This document shows positions 48,417 to 57,410 of a DNA stretch of 64,000 nucleotides, in pieces. Numbering within the stretch: position 1 is the first letter of the stretch; each line of letters starts with the position of its first letter. The notes beneath the pieces are model-generated. The model saw only the letters and a list, made by a program, of their open reading frames with translations, had not been told where the DNA came from and did not search any database. The position numbers and the translations under genes were made by a program. Location: positions 232,595-296,594 of IMG/VR virus record IMGVR_UViG_3300049460_000128; one strand, written 5' to 3'.

Positions 48417-48776
48417 ATGCTGTATGTACTGATCATCTGTGTTGCCATTAACCTGTACTCGTTTCATATGGTGGAACTGACCAATGCTGCATCGGTTGTG
48501 CTGCGCTTCATGCTGGGTGGTGTGGTGTTCTGTGCTCTGTTGTTGGCAAACGCCGAGGCAAGCAAGCCGGTCGCCACGATCAATTCATCGGCAGTGCCAT
48601 ACATGGACGCCTATATGGCACTGGTCATGTTGCTGGTGGTCGCGGCAACGACCACGCCTAGCTATAATCCAGAACGTACGAAAATTCTGGTAGGTAAGAT
48701 GGTTATGTCCGTTCTGATCGTAATTCTGGGTTACAACGCATTGATCGGGTTCGGCATCGTCACACTGCACTACTAA
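48417..48776 (+). CDS. Four-TM membrane protein
   Basis: RBS AAAGGA; four hydrophobic segments; terminator at 48795-822. Confidence 0.75.
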   Translation: MLYVLIICVAINLYSFHMVELTNAASVVLRFMLGGVVFCALLLANAEASKPVATINSSAVPYMDAYMALVMLLVVAATTTPSYNPERTKILVGKMVMSVLIVILGYNALIGFGIVTLHY

Positions 48777-48903
48777 CACGTTTCTGCTCCTAACAAATGG
48801 CACCCATCGTGGTGCCATTTTTCATGTTTGACAATTTTTAATTTTTGTCTTTCAACTATTGTCGCTAATCTTGTGGTTTTACAACTACCCATAAGAGTAG
48901 CAG

Positions 48904-51090
48904 ATGATCCTGAACCAAAACAATCGTAACATTGAACGTGGTGGCATTCGTGTCGAACGCGAGGCAACCATTGTCGCAGATGCAGTGGCATTCAAAGTTC
49001 TGTCTGACATGCTGTATCCTGACAAACCACTCGCAATCATCCGCGAGCTGATGTGCAATGCGTACGATTCTCATACGGCTGCTGGTAAGCCCGATGAGCC
49101 TGTTCATATCCACTTGCCTAACGTTATGGAGCCATATCTGAGCATCCGTGACTTCGGCTTGGGTCTGAGCTTCCGTGACGCCTGCGTGCTTATGCTGACG
49201 TACTTCAAAAGTACCAAGCGTGAAGACAATAAAGTGACTGGTGCATTGGGTCTGGGTTCCAAAACACCATTCAGCTATGTGGACTCCTACACTGTGACCA
49301 CTCGCTTCAACGGTCGCAAGTTTACCTTCAATGCGTTCATCAACGAAAACGGCAATCCAGCAATGGCGCTGTTGGCACGTGAACGCACGACTGAAGGTAA
49401 TGGCCTGGAAATTATGGTGCCAGTTCGTCGCTCAGATTTCCATGTGTTTGAAGATCGTGCCCGCACTGTTCTGGAATGGTTCCGTGTGCCACCGGTAGTG
49501 AGCGGCAACAAAGATTTCAAGATCAATCGTACTGAATACGAACTGTTTGGTTCGACTTGGAAAATCGGCAAGCAACAAGGCTACTGGGGCTATAATGGCA
49601 CCGCCTATGCAATCCAGGGCAACATCGCATATCCGATCAATCCGGCGAGTATGCCAACCCTGCCCGCAGGCTATGCTGAACTGCTGCGCATGCCGATCTA
49701 CATGGAGTTTCCGATTGGTCAAATCAGCTTCACGGCTGGTCGCGACGCAATCTCGTATGACAAAGCAACGGTTGCAAACCTCATTGCTGGTCTGGATGTT
49801 GTGGTCAAGGAATTGCCAGAACAGTCGCAGGTCAAGTTTGATGCATGCAAGACTAAATGGGAAGCCCATGCTCTGTATGGCGAACTGATCAACGATAGCA
49901 TGAGTGGTTCGATCATTCGTGTTCTGAATCAGCACAAGAAGCTGTCGTTCAAATGGGGCGGTGAAGAGATCAAGACCTCGACGGTTACGATCACGATGAA
50001 GTCATATAAAGATCCAGTTATCACCGCACTGTGGGGTGGTGGTTCGCGCTCGAAGCGTTATGCCAATACTGATCCGATCAATATCACGGCTAACGCCAAG
50101 ACTGTCTTCTACATTGACGACATGTCAAAGGGCGCAGTCACCCGCATGCGTTCGTGGCGCTATGCCAACAACCCATCGTATGACCTGTATCTGCTTGGCA
50201 CTGATACGAAAGAAGTTGATGTAAAGCGTGTGGCCATTGATGCAATGCTGGAAGAACTGGGCAATCCTCCGTTTATCCTGGCTAGCACTTTGCCACCGAA
50301 AAAACGTAATCCGGCCAATCTGCTGAGCAAGAAGACCAACAAGGTTCTGACTGTTGATAGCAAGAGCTATTACAACAACAATTTCTCAGAGTCAACTGAC
50401 GACATTGATATTGAAGAGGGTGGTTACTATGTGCCAGTTTCGCGTCAAAAAGTAATCGACGACAAAGGGGTGGCATATACGAATTTCAGCGCAATGATTC
50501 GTCAAGCAGCGATCATGAAACTGATTCCAGAAGGTACTGAAATTGTGGCCGTTAACCCGTCCCAATTGAAGAAGTTTACCGATAATGAAGATTGGGTGAA
50601 TGCGGTTGATCACATCAAAGAAGCATTTATCGCTGACATGAAAACCAACAATGTCCTTGACGCAATTGCCGCTGCGACTGATTACCAGACATTGCGTTAC
50701 ACCAATGCCAACTACTACTACAATGCGCTGAATGGCGTATCGGTACTGGTGCAGAAGATGGCAAATGATCATCCACTGCGGGTGTTTGTTGATCAATGCA
50801 CGATGCAAGTTAAATCCAGCAAGGTGACTGATGTTAGCACCATGATGACCATGAGTAACTGGTTGAACTTGCAACTGGATGTTAATGGCGGCACGGCCAA
50901 GTATAAGTTCACGGCCGAATGGGATAAAATTCAAGCTCAGTATCCAATGCTGCGCCTGATCAATTATCCGGATGCCAACAACATTAAGACGGCTCTTAAA
51001 TACGTTCAGGATATGGATCGCTTGGCAGAACTGGAAAAACCAGCTGTTACGGTGGTCACTATCCAGAAAGCACCAGCGACTCAACCTTAA
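48904..51090 (+). CDS. rIIA: rIIA-like protein (GHKL ATPase)
   Basis: AIIRELMCNAYDSH, IRDFGLGL, STKRED...GALGLGSKTPFSY; adjacent to rIIB. Confidence 0.92.
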   Translation: MILNQNNRNIERGGIRVEREATIVADAVAFKVLSDMLYPDKPLAIIRELMCNAYDSHTAAGKPDEPVHIHLPNVMEPYLSIRDFGLGLSFRDACVLMLTYFKSTKREDNKVTGALGLGSKTPFSYVDSYTVTTRFNGRKFTFNAFINENGNPAMALLARERTTEGNGLEIMVPVRRSDFHVFEDRARTVLEWFRVPPVVSGNKDFKINRTEYELFGSTWKIGKQQGYWGYNGTAYAIQGNIAYPINPASMPTLPAGYAELLRMPIYMEFPIGQISFTAGRDAISYDKATVANLIAGLDVVVKELPEQSQVKFDACKTKWEAHALYGELINDSMSGSIIRVLNQHKKLSFKWGGEEIKTSTVTITMKSYKDPVITALWGGGSRSKRYANTDPINITANAKTVFYIDDMSKGAVTRMRSWRYANNPSYDLYLLGTDTKEVDVKRVAIDAMLEELGNPPFILASTLPPKKRNPANLLSKKTNKVLTVDSKSYYNNNFSESTDDIDIEEGGYYVPVSRQKVIDDKGVAYTNFSAMIRQAAIMKLIPEGTEIVAVNPSQLKKFTDNEDWVNAVDHIKEAFIADMKTNNVLDAIAAATDYQTLRYTNANYYYNALNGVSVLVQKMANDHPLRVFVDQCTMQVKSSKVTDVSTMMTMSNWLNLQLDVNGGTAKYKFTAEWDKIQAQYPMLRLINYPDANNIKTALKYVQDMDRLAELEKPAVTVVTIQKAPATQP

Positions 51091-51147
51091 TTAGCAATCT
51101 ACACCATTGCTCTGTACCATTTACAACAACAATAACAAGGACACATT

Positions 51148-52446
51148 ATGGCAATTACAGCACGACTGATTACTGAATCATCGATCACCCTCATCATGAA
51201 CGGTAAGCAATACATCCTTACCGAAGACAATCACCAGCATTACACTGAACTGCGCAATGCACTGAAGAAAAACGACATTCCAACCATCGAACGTCTGATT
51301 GACCTGCCAAAGCAAATCAATCACTACGGCAATGGCAAAATCACCGTGGTTGATGGCGTGGTAATGTACAACGGCGATGAGCTGCACAACAGCTTGACCC
51401 GTCGTCTGCTTCGCCAGATGGACGAAGGCTTCGAGGTAACCTCCCTGATTAACTTCCTGGAGAACCTGATGAAGAATCCATCCATGGTTGCCCGTAAGGA
51501 ACTGTACGATTGGCTGGAAGAAAACAACAACCCAATCACCGAAGACGGCTGCTTCATCGCGTTCAAGAACGTGCAGAAGAACTACATGGACCACTACACG
51601 GGTACCATCCGCAATGCGATTGGTGATACTCCGAAAATGGATCGCGCATCAGTTGATGACAATCGTCACAACACTTGCTCGGCCGGTCTGCACTTTGCAT
51701 CCGAAAGCTACCTGCCACATTACACTGGTGGCGGCGAGAACAACCGCACCATGATTCTGAAAGTGAATCCAGCTGATGTCGTGTCAATCCCGGTTGACTA
51801 CAACCACGCGAAAGGTCGTTGCTGGACTTATGAAGTAATCGGCGAACTGGACGATGATGGCTTCCAGAAGTTCTACAAAACTGCGGTTCACGGTGCAACT
51901 CCAAATGCCCGCGAAGATGACCTGGTGGACGAGGTAGAAGAAGAAGTCGTGGCAGCACCAGTCAATGCGGCTGTAACGCCTGATCGTGTGTACATTGTTC
52001 GCAGCTACAACGACTATACCAATGGGGCCAACGTCACCAAGGTCGATGCTGAAGTTTACGAAGAAGGCAAGCGTGTAACTCTGGCTGCTGCCCGTAGCCT
52101 CGCCGAGTCCGTGATGGCACAAGAAGATGTTGATCGCGTGCGTATCATCGACTCGATCACTCAGGACACCATCCTGGTCTTCGAATATGAAGAAGTGACG
52201 GATGAAGTTGTTGAAGTTGCTGAAGCACCAAAAGCTGCTTGGCCTATGCCAACGGCTAAGCCAGCAGTGGCCCCAGCGAAAGCACCAGTCAAGGCAGCAA
52301 ATCCATTCGAAGGTCTGACCTTCACCAAGACGCAAGTGTGCGCGATCCTGGGCGTGGATATGGTTACTCTGGATGAAATGCTTGAAGATGGTACCAAAGT
52401 TGAGCGTGTTGTCCGTGGCGGCAAAGGCTTCGTAGTCATCAAGTAA
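51148..52446 (+). CDS. rIIB: rIIB-like protein
   Basis: FLENLMKNPS...ELYDWL...ITEDGCFIAFK; TCSAGLH; KVNPADVVSIPVDY...KGRC. Confidence 0.92.
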   Translation: MAITARLITESSITLIMNGKQYILTEDNHQHYTELRNALKKNDIPTIERLIDLPKQINHYGNGKITVVDGVVMYNGDELHNSLTRRLLRQMDEGFEVTSLINFLENLMKNPSMVARKELYDWLEENNNPITEDGCFIAFKNVQKNYMDHYTGTIRNAIGDTPKMDRASVDDNRHNTCSAGLHFASESYLPHYTGGGENNRTMILKVNPADVVSIPVDYNHAKGRCWTYEVIGELDDDGFQKFYKTAVHGATPNAREDDLVDEVEEEVVAAPVNAAVTPDRVYIVRSYNDYTNGANVTKVDAEVYEEGKRVTLAAARSLAESVMAQEDVDRVRIIDSITQDTILVFEYEEVTDEVVEVAEAPKAAWPMPTAKPAVAPAKAPVKAANPFEGLTFTKTQVCAILGVDMVTLDEMLEDGTKVERVVRGGKGFVVIK

Positions 52447-52460
52447 TTGATGATCATAGC

Positions 52461-52488
52461 AAAAAGGCCAGCATTGCTGGCCTTTTTT
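52461..52488 (+). terminator. Intrinsic terminator
   Basis: A5-GGCCAGC-att-GCTGGCC-T6. Confidence 0.85.
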
Positions 52489-52522
52489 ATTGCCAGTCAC
52501 TTAGTGCATATGAAAATAATAG

Positions 52523-52551
52523 TTGACTTGTAGATGAAATAATTATATTCT
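52523..52551 (+). promoter_or_regulatory. sigma70 promoter of the ThDP enzyme with two ATGAA boxes
   Basis: TTGACT-17-TATTCT; CATATGAA 52507-14 and TAGATGAA 52531-38. Confidence 0.75.
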
Positions 52552-52582
52552 TGTAACGTTAATTCATCTACAGGAGCTGGAC

Positions 52583-54316
52583 ATGAACGTGTTTTCGGAT
52601 AATCTGGCTGCACCATTCGATATGGCTGATGTGGTGGTCGCATACCTGAATCAACTGGAAGTTGAATACATCTTCGGAGTTCCAGGCGGTGCCATAGAAC
52701 CCCTCTACAATGCAATAGCTCGGCAAGAAAAACGCGGTGGCGTTCGCCACGTTCTCGCCCGCCACGAAACTGGGGCGGCATTCATGGCAGAAGGCTATGC
52801 GCGTGAAACTGGCAAACTGGGCGTCTGCTGTGCAACCTCCGGACCTGGTGTTACCAACATGATTACTGGTGTCGCCAATGCCAATGCCAACCGTGTGCCC
52901 GTGTTGGCAATCACCGGCCAACCATCCCTGAAGTCGTTCGGTCGTAACGCACTTCAAGAATCGTCCTGCACTGGCATCGATGTTGTAGCAATGATGAGTC
53001 ATTGCACGCAATACAGTACGTTGATATCGCACCCTGCTCAGATCGAAAACAAGTTCATCTCCGCAGTAAGTCATTCGTTGCGTGGGGCGCGTGGTGCGTC
53101 GCATCTGTCAGTGCCCAACGACATCTTCCGCATGCCGAGCGAACATGGTTCGCCACTCTACAAGCTGGAACGCGAACGTATGGTCAGTCACCACTACGCA
53201 CCCAGTGATGTGATTAATCTGTTCCACACCATCACCAACAGTCAGAATCCAGTCGTGTTGGTGGGCGCTCATGCGGGGCCAGCCATCCCCGAGATTATGA
53301 GTTTCGTCAAGGAGAACAATATTCCCTTCGTATCGACGCCTGACGGCAAAGGGTTTGTTGATATCAACAGTCCATTGTATTGCGGGGTGGTTGGCTTCAG
53401 CGGTCATCAATCGGCAATGGAAACCGTGAATGACCCAGCGGTAGACCTCCTGATTGCGATCGGGGCCACCATTGGTGAGTTGAATACCGGTGGCTGGTCA
53501 GCTGGTATCCTGAATGAGCACCTGGTCATCATCGACGAATGTGATCAAAATCTCATGCGGGCGCCAATGGCAAAGCTCCAGATGCATGGCAATACGTCAG
53601 CAATCATGCGTGGCTTGAATACCATGATCAACCTCATGCCCATGCGCTTCCGGGGCAATACGCATGGGCCCGTGACTATTACCGACTTCGTATGTTCGGT
53701 AAGCGACGATACACCAATCAAGCCCCAACGTTTGATGCGTGAGTTGAGCAGTATGTTCCCAAGCAACACTCGCTTTTTTGCCGATAATGGCAACAGCTTC
53801 TCGTGGGCCATCCATCATCTCAATCCAGGAATAATGACCTCCAATCATTTGAGCCGTGGCTGGTTGCATGTCACCACCGAGTTTGCTTCGATGGGTTGGG
53901 CAATCGGCACTTCAGTTGGGGCAGCAATGGCCAATCCAGAGTCCCCGGTCGTCTGCATTACTGGCGATGGTTCGATGCTGATGAGTGGTCAAGAGTTGTC
54001 CACTGCGGTAGCGGAACGCATCCCGATGATCTTCGTGGTGTTAAATGACAGCACCTTGGGGATGGTATATCATGGGCAGAAGATGGGCGGTGCTGAACCC
54101 ATAGCAACTGACATCCCGGTAACGAACTTTGCCGCGATCGCACAAGCAATGGGCGCGCAAAGCTTTGTGATTAACTCGGCCGTCGACCTGGAAGCTCTGA
54201 ATATCAAGGCGTTGTTGGCGCACAATGGCCCAACATTGCTGGATGTGCGGATCGACCGTGAAGAGGTTCCGCCCATGAAAAGCCGGGTGGCGGTATTGAC
54301 TGATACAGTTGAATAA
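52583..54316 (+). CDS. Thiamine-diphosphate-dependent enzyme, acetolactate-synthase-like superfamily
   Basis: IFGVPGG, catalytic ARHE, TSGPGVTN, ThDP motif GDGS-x23-ND, LLDVRID; RBS AGGAG. Confidence 0.93.
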   Translation: MNVFSDNLAAPFDMADVVVAYLNQLEVEYIFGVPGGAIEPLYNAIARQEKRGGVRHVLARHETGAAFMAEGYARETGKLGVCCATSGPGVTNMITGVANANANRVPVLAITGQPSLKSFGRNALQESSCTGIDVVAMMSHCTQYSTLISHPAQIENKFISAVSHSLRGARGASHLSVPNDIFRMPSEHGSPLYKLERERMVSHHYAPSDVINLFHTITNSQNPVVLVGAHAGPAIPEIMSFVKENNIPFVSTPDGKGFVDINSPLYCGVVGFSGHQSAMETVNDPAVDLLIAIGATIGELNTGGWSAGILNEHLVIIDECDQNLMRAPMAKLQMHGNTSAIMRGLNTMINLMPMRFRGNTHGPVTITDFVCSVSDDTPIKPQRLMRELSSMFPSNTRFFADNGNSFSWAIHHLNPGIMTSNHLSRGWLHVTTEFASMGWAIGTSVGAAMANPESPVVCITGDGSMLMSGQELSTAVAERIPMIFVVLNDSTLGMVYHGQKMGGAEPIATDIPVTNFAAIAQAMGAQSFVINSAVDLEALNIKALLAHNGPTLLDVRIDREEVPPMKSRVAVLTDTVE

Positions 54317-54321
54317 TTAGC

Positions 54322-54349
54322 AAAAAGGCCGCAGATTGCGGCCTTTTTT
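54322..54349. terminator. Bidirectional terminator between convergent genes
   Basis: A5-GGCCGCA-gat-TGCGGCC-T6; overlaps the PAS gene stop. Confidence 0.88.
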
Positions 54350-55277
54350 ATGAATTGATTTTCGTTAAATCTTTCAACGTCAACAAGCTAGATCGTCGAC
54401 CATCCCAAAGAATCATGGTACTCGACACCAACACGTCAACGCATTCGCCATCGGCTTTGGTGACCTTTACCAAATAGTTATGAGGTGATTCGTCACCTTG
54501 GATACGGCGATTGTGGCTGGCGGTTACCAATTCCTGATACTCGGCGGTAATGAAATTCCTCACCGGCTTGGCAATCATTTCTTCTTCCAGATACCCCAGG
54601 ATACAAGTCATTGCGGGATTGACTGCCACAACATGATGGTTGTCTACAACCATGATGCCATCAAAGCTTTGTTCGAAGATGCCACGATACCGTGACTCCT
54701 GCTCCAAGAGTAATTGCTGGACGGCCATGATCTTGGAGACGTCTTTGATCAAGAACAGAATCAAAGTTGAACCATCTTGGCGTTCAAATTGCGATACATT
54801 ACCATCAACCCAGATAGTATTGCCGTTCTTCAGTTTACCACGAATGAGTTCAATGTGATCATCATATAGCTCTGAACCATCTAAAGGTGATTGCGCGGTA
54901 AGGATGAACAGAATATCGTCCATGGAAAGCTTGCTGCCGTCTTCTCGAACAAACAGGTTACTGATACATTGGCCGATGATTTGAGATGCACTCCAGCCAA
55001 AGATAATCTCAGCAGCACGATTGAATGTAATGATGGTGCCGTCTGGTTTGCATACAATCAGGGCATCGTGCAGAAGCTTGGATGTGACTTCGATTTGTCG
55101 TATGCCGTCATCCAAGCGTCGTTTGAGTAAAGTAGTAACATCGTGCGCTGCATCAGCGGTCGACGTGGCAGCAGCCAATAAAGCTTGTTGGCTGTCACGT
55201 ACTTTAGCCATCATAGCTTCTTCGATTGTATTGTCTTCGACGGGCTTGGCCATCAAACTTTTGAACCAATTGAACAT
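54348..55277 (-). CDS. Tandem PAS-domain protein without output domain
   Basis: DALIVCKPDGTIITFNRAAEIIFGWSASQIIG and YRGIFEQSFDGIMVV...VNPAMTCILGY PAS signatures; N-terminal coiled coil; ends right after PAS2. Confidence 0.88.
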   Translation of the reverse strand: MFNWFKSLMAKPVEDNTIEEAMMAKVRDSQQALLAAATSTADAAHDVTTLLKRRLDDGIRQIEVTSKLLHDALIVCKPDGTIITFNRAAEIIFGWSASQIIGQCISNLFVREDGSKLSMDDILFILTAQSPLDGSELYDDHIELIRGKLKNGNTIWVDGNVSQFERQDGSTLILFLIKDVSKIMAVQQLLLEQESRYRGIFEQSFDGIMVVDNHHVVAVNPAMTCILGYLEEEMIAKPVRNFITAEYQELVTASHNRRIQGDESPHNYLVKVTKADGECVDVLVSSTMILWDGRRSSLLTLKDLTKINS

Positions 55278-55292
55278 AGTATCCCCAATGAG

Positions 55293-55538
55293 TTAAAGTT
55301 TGGCTTTGATTTCGTAGAGAACGATTTTCAGGCTGGTCAGTGCATCACTGAGGGACAGGTTGCCCTTGTAGTAATCGTCAATGATTTTTTCTATCTTGGC
55401 ATCCTTCTTAGTAACTTCACCAAGCAGGCGGCGACGTTCGTAGTATAGGAAGACGATGCCAATAACAAGAATTGCGATGATGGCAGAAGGTCCACCTTCG
55501 AACAATGCAGCGACTAATTTTTCCGTTATAGCATCCAT
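55293..55538 (-). CDS. Small single-TM protein (holin candidate)
   Basis: 81 aa; TM SAIIAILVIGIVFLYY then ERRRL; RBS GGAG; late promoter. Confidence 0.75.
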   Translation of the reverse strand: MDAITEKLVAALFEGGPSAIIAILVIGIVFLYYERRRLLGEVTKKDAKIEKIIDDYYKGNLSLSDALTSLKIVLYEIKAKL

Positions 55539-55541
55539 GGA

Positions 55542-55578
55542 TGATTCTCCGTATTTTCATTTATTTATTGGAGAATCA
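55542..55578 (-). promoter_or_regulatory. Late promoter in the loop of an RBS-sequestering hairpin
   Basis: Minus strand reads TGATTCTCC-a-ATAAATA-aatgaaaatac-GGAGAATCA-tcc-ATG. Confidence 0.75.
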
Positions 55579-55617
55579 CGAATGTTTAACCGTTGTTTTA
55601 ATCCAGGACCATAATGA

Positions 55618-55653
55618 GAAAAGCCCGGCTCTTGGGGCAGAGCCGGGCTTTTC
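55618..55653. terminator. Intrinsic terminator (15-bp inverted repeat)
   Basis: GAAAAGCCCGGCTCT / AGAGCCGGGCTTTTC. Confidence 0.85.
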
Positions 55654-55669
55654 TTGAGACGTTTCGTTG

Positions 55670-55963
55670 TTACATGAAACGCAATTTGAACAGAATTGCA
55701 TCCGAGTCATTGATGAACTCGAATGCGAGACCATGATAGTAAACCGATTCTGGCTTTACATCATACACCGTTGCCATGGTGAATTGAACAATCTGGTTTT
55801 CATGCAACCAGTTCTTCAAGATCTCTACGTTGTCTTCCTTACTTTTCGGAAGCAAGCAGGTCAGTCGCTTACCACGAAACTGACTTGCAGTGCGACGCAC
55901 TTGATCGACATTAATGCGGGTGCTCAAGGCTTGACGCCAGGTACAAGCTAATTTCATTTTCAT
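55670..55963 (-). CDS. FxDExDA-family small protein
   Basis: FEFINDSDAILFKLRFM; RBS AAGAAGGA. Confidence 0.8.
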   Translation of the reverse strand: MKMKLACTWRQALSTRINVDQVRRTASQFRGKRLTCLLPKSKEDNVEILKNWLHENQIVQFTMATVYDVKPESVYYHGLAFEFINDSDAILFKLRFM

Positions 55964-56183
55964 GCAGAATCCTTCTTAATGACTACAACACTACACGAAT
56001 CATGCAGTAAATGAAATTACTCTGCTGCATTAAAACCGACCACTTCTACCGTATTACTCGGCATTATTGGCCCCATTTCTTTAGTTGCTAAAGTTTGCAC
56101 AATTTCTGCAAGCAAGCAATATAACATTGCATTTGAGCACGCCGCAATGCTTTTACTAAATTTTTTTGACGTTCAACACGACA

Positions 56184-56900
56184 TCAGGCGCCGCGTGATT
56201 TTATCAGGAGCAGCATGTTGTTTTCATCACGATATGCGGTCATATATTCACCCATACAATCAACTTGCCAAGATTCACCTAAGATATTCTTAATATTCTT
56301 ATAACTGTCTCCCAGGTACTTTTTAAAGTTGATTGGGGCCTCATTGAGTTTATTACGTGAAACAACAGTTTCCATGATTCCGTAGTCTTGAATCTCGAAA
56401 TCCAACGCACCGCACAAGCCGTTCATTTCAATGTAGTTTTCATACACATTGACCTTTGTCGTCGTATCATCTGGAAGCCAACTCTCAACCAGCTCCTTAA
56501 CCTTTTCAGCAAGCTCGAACTGAATATCGTCCAGAGCGACCAAGTGAGTGTCATCCAGACCTCGGATGCTGAACTCCCAATTTTCAATTGAAGTGAGGCT
56601 GGACAGCTCGCGGCACATCGCCGCAATATTTTCAGCTGTCTTATTGTTCATCCGCATCTCGACGAATACCATATAGTATCCGGTCTGGTCCGGGGCAGCA
56701 CTGACCTCAGTGTCAAGTAGATCCACGTGACTCTTTTGCAGGAAACGATTTACATCGTTTGCAACATCCTTACTATTGGCATAAAAGCCAATAACGATCG
56801 CAGCATCATCGATTTTACTTTCGTATTCGTCGATACTCACACGATTGTTCATCATGTGGACCAAGTCGTCTTTTCTCAAGCCTTCGTTTAACTTATTCAT
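56184..56900 (-). CDS. Conserved jumbo-phage hypothetical protein
   Basis: Start reassigned to MNKLNEGLRKDDL (8-nt overlap with the upstream gene); VSIDEYESKID. Confidence 0.75.
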   Translation of the reverse strand: MNKLNEGLRKDDLVHMMNNRVSIDEYESKIDDAAIVIGFYANSKDVANDVNRFLQKSHVDLLDTEVSAAPDQTGYYMVFVEMRMNNKTAENIAAMCRELSSLTSIENWEFSIRGLDDTHLVALDDIQFELAEKVKELVESWLPDDTTTKVNVYENYIEMNGLCGALDFEIQDYGIMETVVSRNKLNEAPINFKKYLGDSYKNIKNILGESWQVDCMGEYMTAYRDENNMLLLIKSRGA

Positions 56901-57333
56901 CGGTATACCCCGTATCATTATCGATGCCCATATCCTTTGCACCTTCCAAGTCGTCTTGGTCAACCTCGTCGTCGTAATAGTCACTGGCAGTGTTATTAAC
57001 GCCTGACAGTAGTCTGCGTGGTACTTCTAATTTGACAAGCCAAATCGGCTCTGCTGGCTTATTGGCCATAGCTTCCAGTTCACCCTTCTCAAATGACACC
57101 AGGATACCATGCTTCAACAGACGAAGTCCGGCTCGTGGGTCGGGCATTTGCTTGTGGGCATATTGAAGTGTGATAGACACCCAATATCGTTTAATGCGTG
57201 GACCGTCGATCAGTTCACCGTTGATCCAGTTCTGGAACACGTAAATGTCAAGCGAGTCCAATAGATCCTCACACTCCAGAAGAATGTCGAGAACGTGGGG
57301 AGTGTCTTCAATTGTTTCGAGATCAAGAGCCAT
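56893..57333 (-). CDS. Conserved jumbo-phage hypothetical protein
   Basis: LDIYVFQNWINGELIDGPRIKRYWV; late promoter at 57354-60. Confidence 0.8.
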   Translation of the reverse strand: MALDLETIEDTPHVLDILLECEDLLDSLDIYVFQNWINGELIDGPRIKRYWVSITLQYAHKQMPDPRAGLRLLKHGILVSFEKGELEAMANKPAEPIWLVKLEVPRRLLSGVNNTASDYYDDEVDQDDLEGAKDMGIDNDTGYTDE

Positions 57334-57410
57334 ATTTACACCATGTTTTTGAATATTTATTCAAAAGAAAAGGGGAGCATCCGCTCCCCTTCTTTCAAGC
57401 AATGAAAAGC

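Noticed and set aside
52583-54316. Naming the ThDP enzyme ilvB/ilvG/ilvI
   Set aside because: Superfamily motifs are clear, but there is no regulatory subunit or pathway context and substrate cannot be read from sequence.
55964-56183. Possible 36-aa minus-strand ORF (MLYCLLAEIV...)
   Set aside because: No RBS or homology cue; too short to support.
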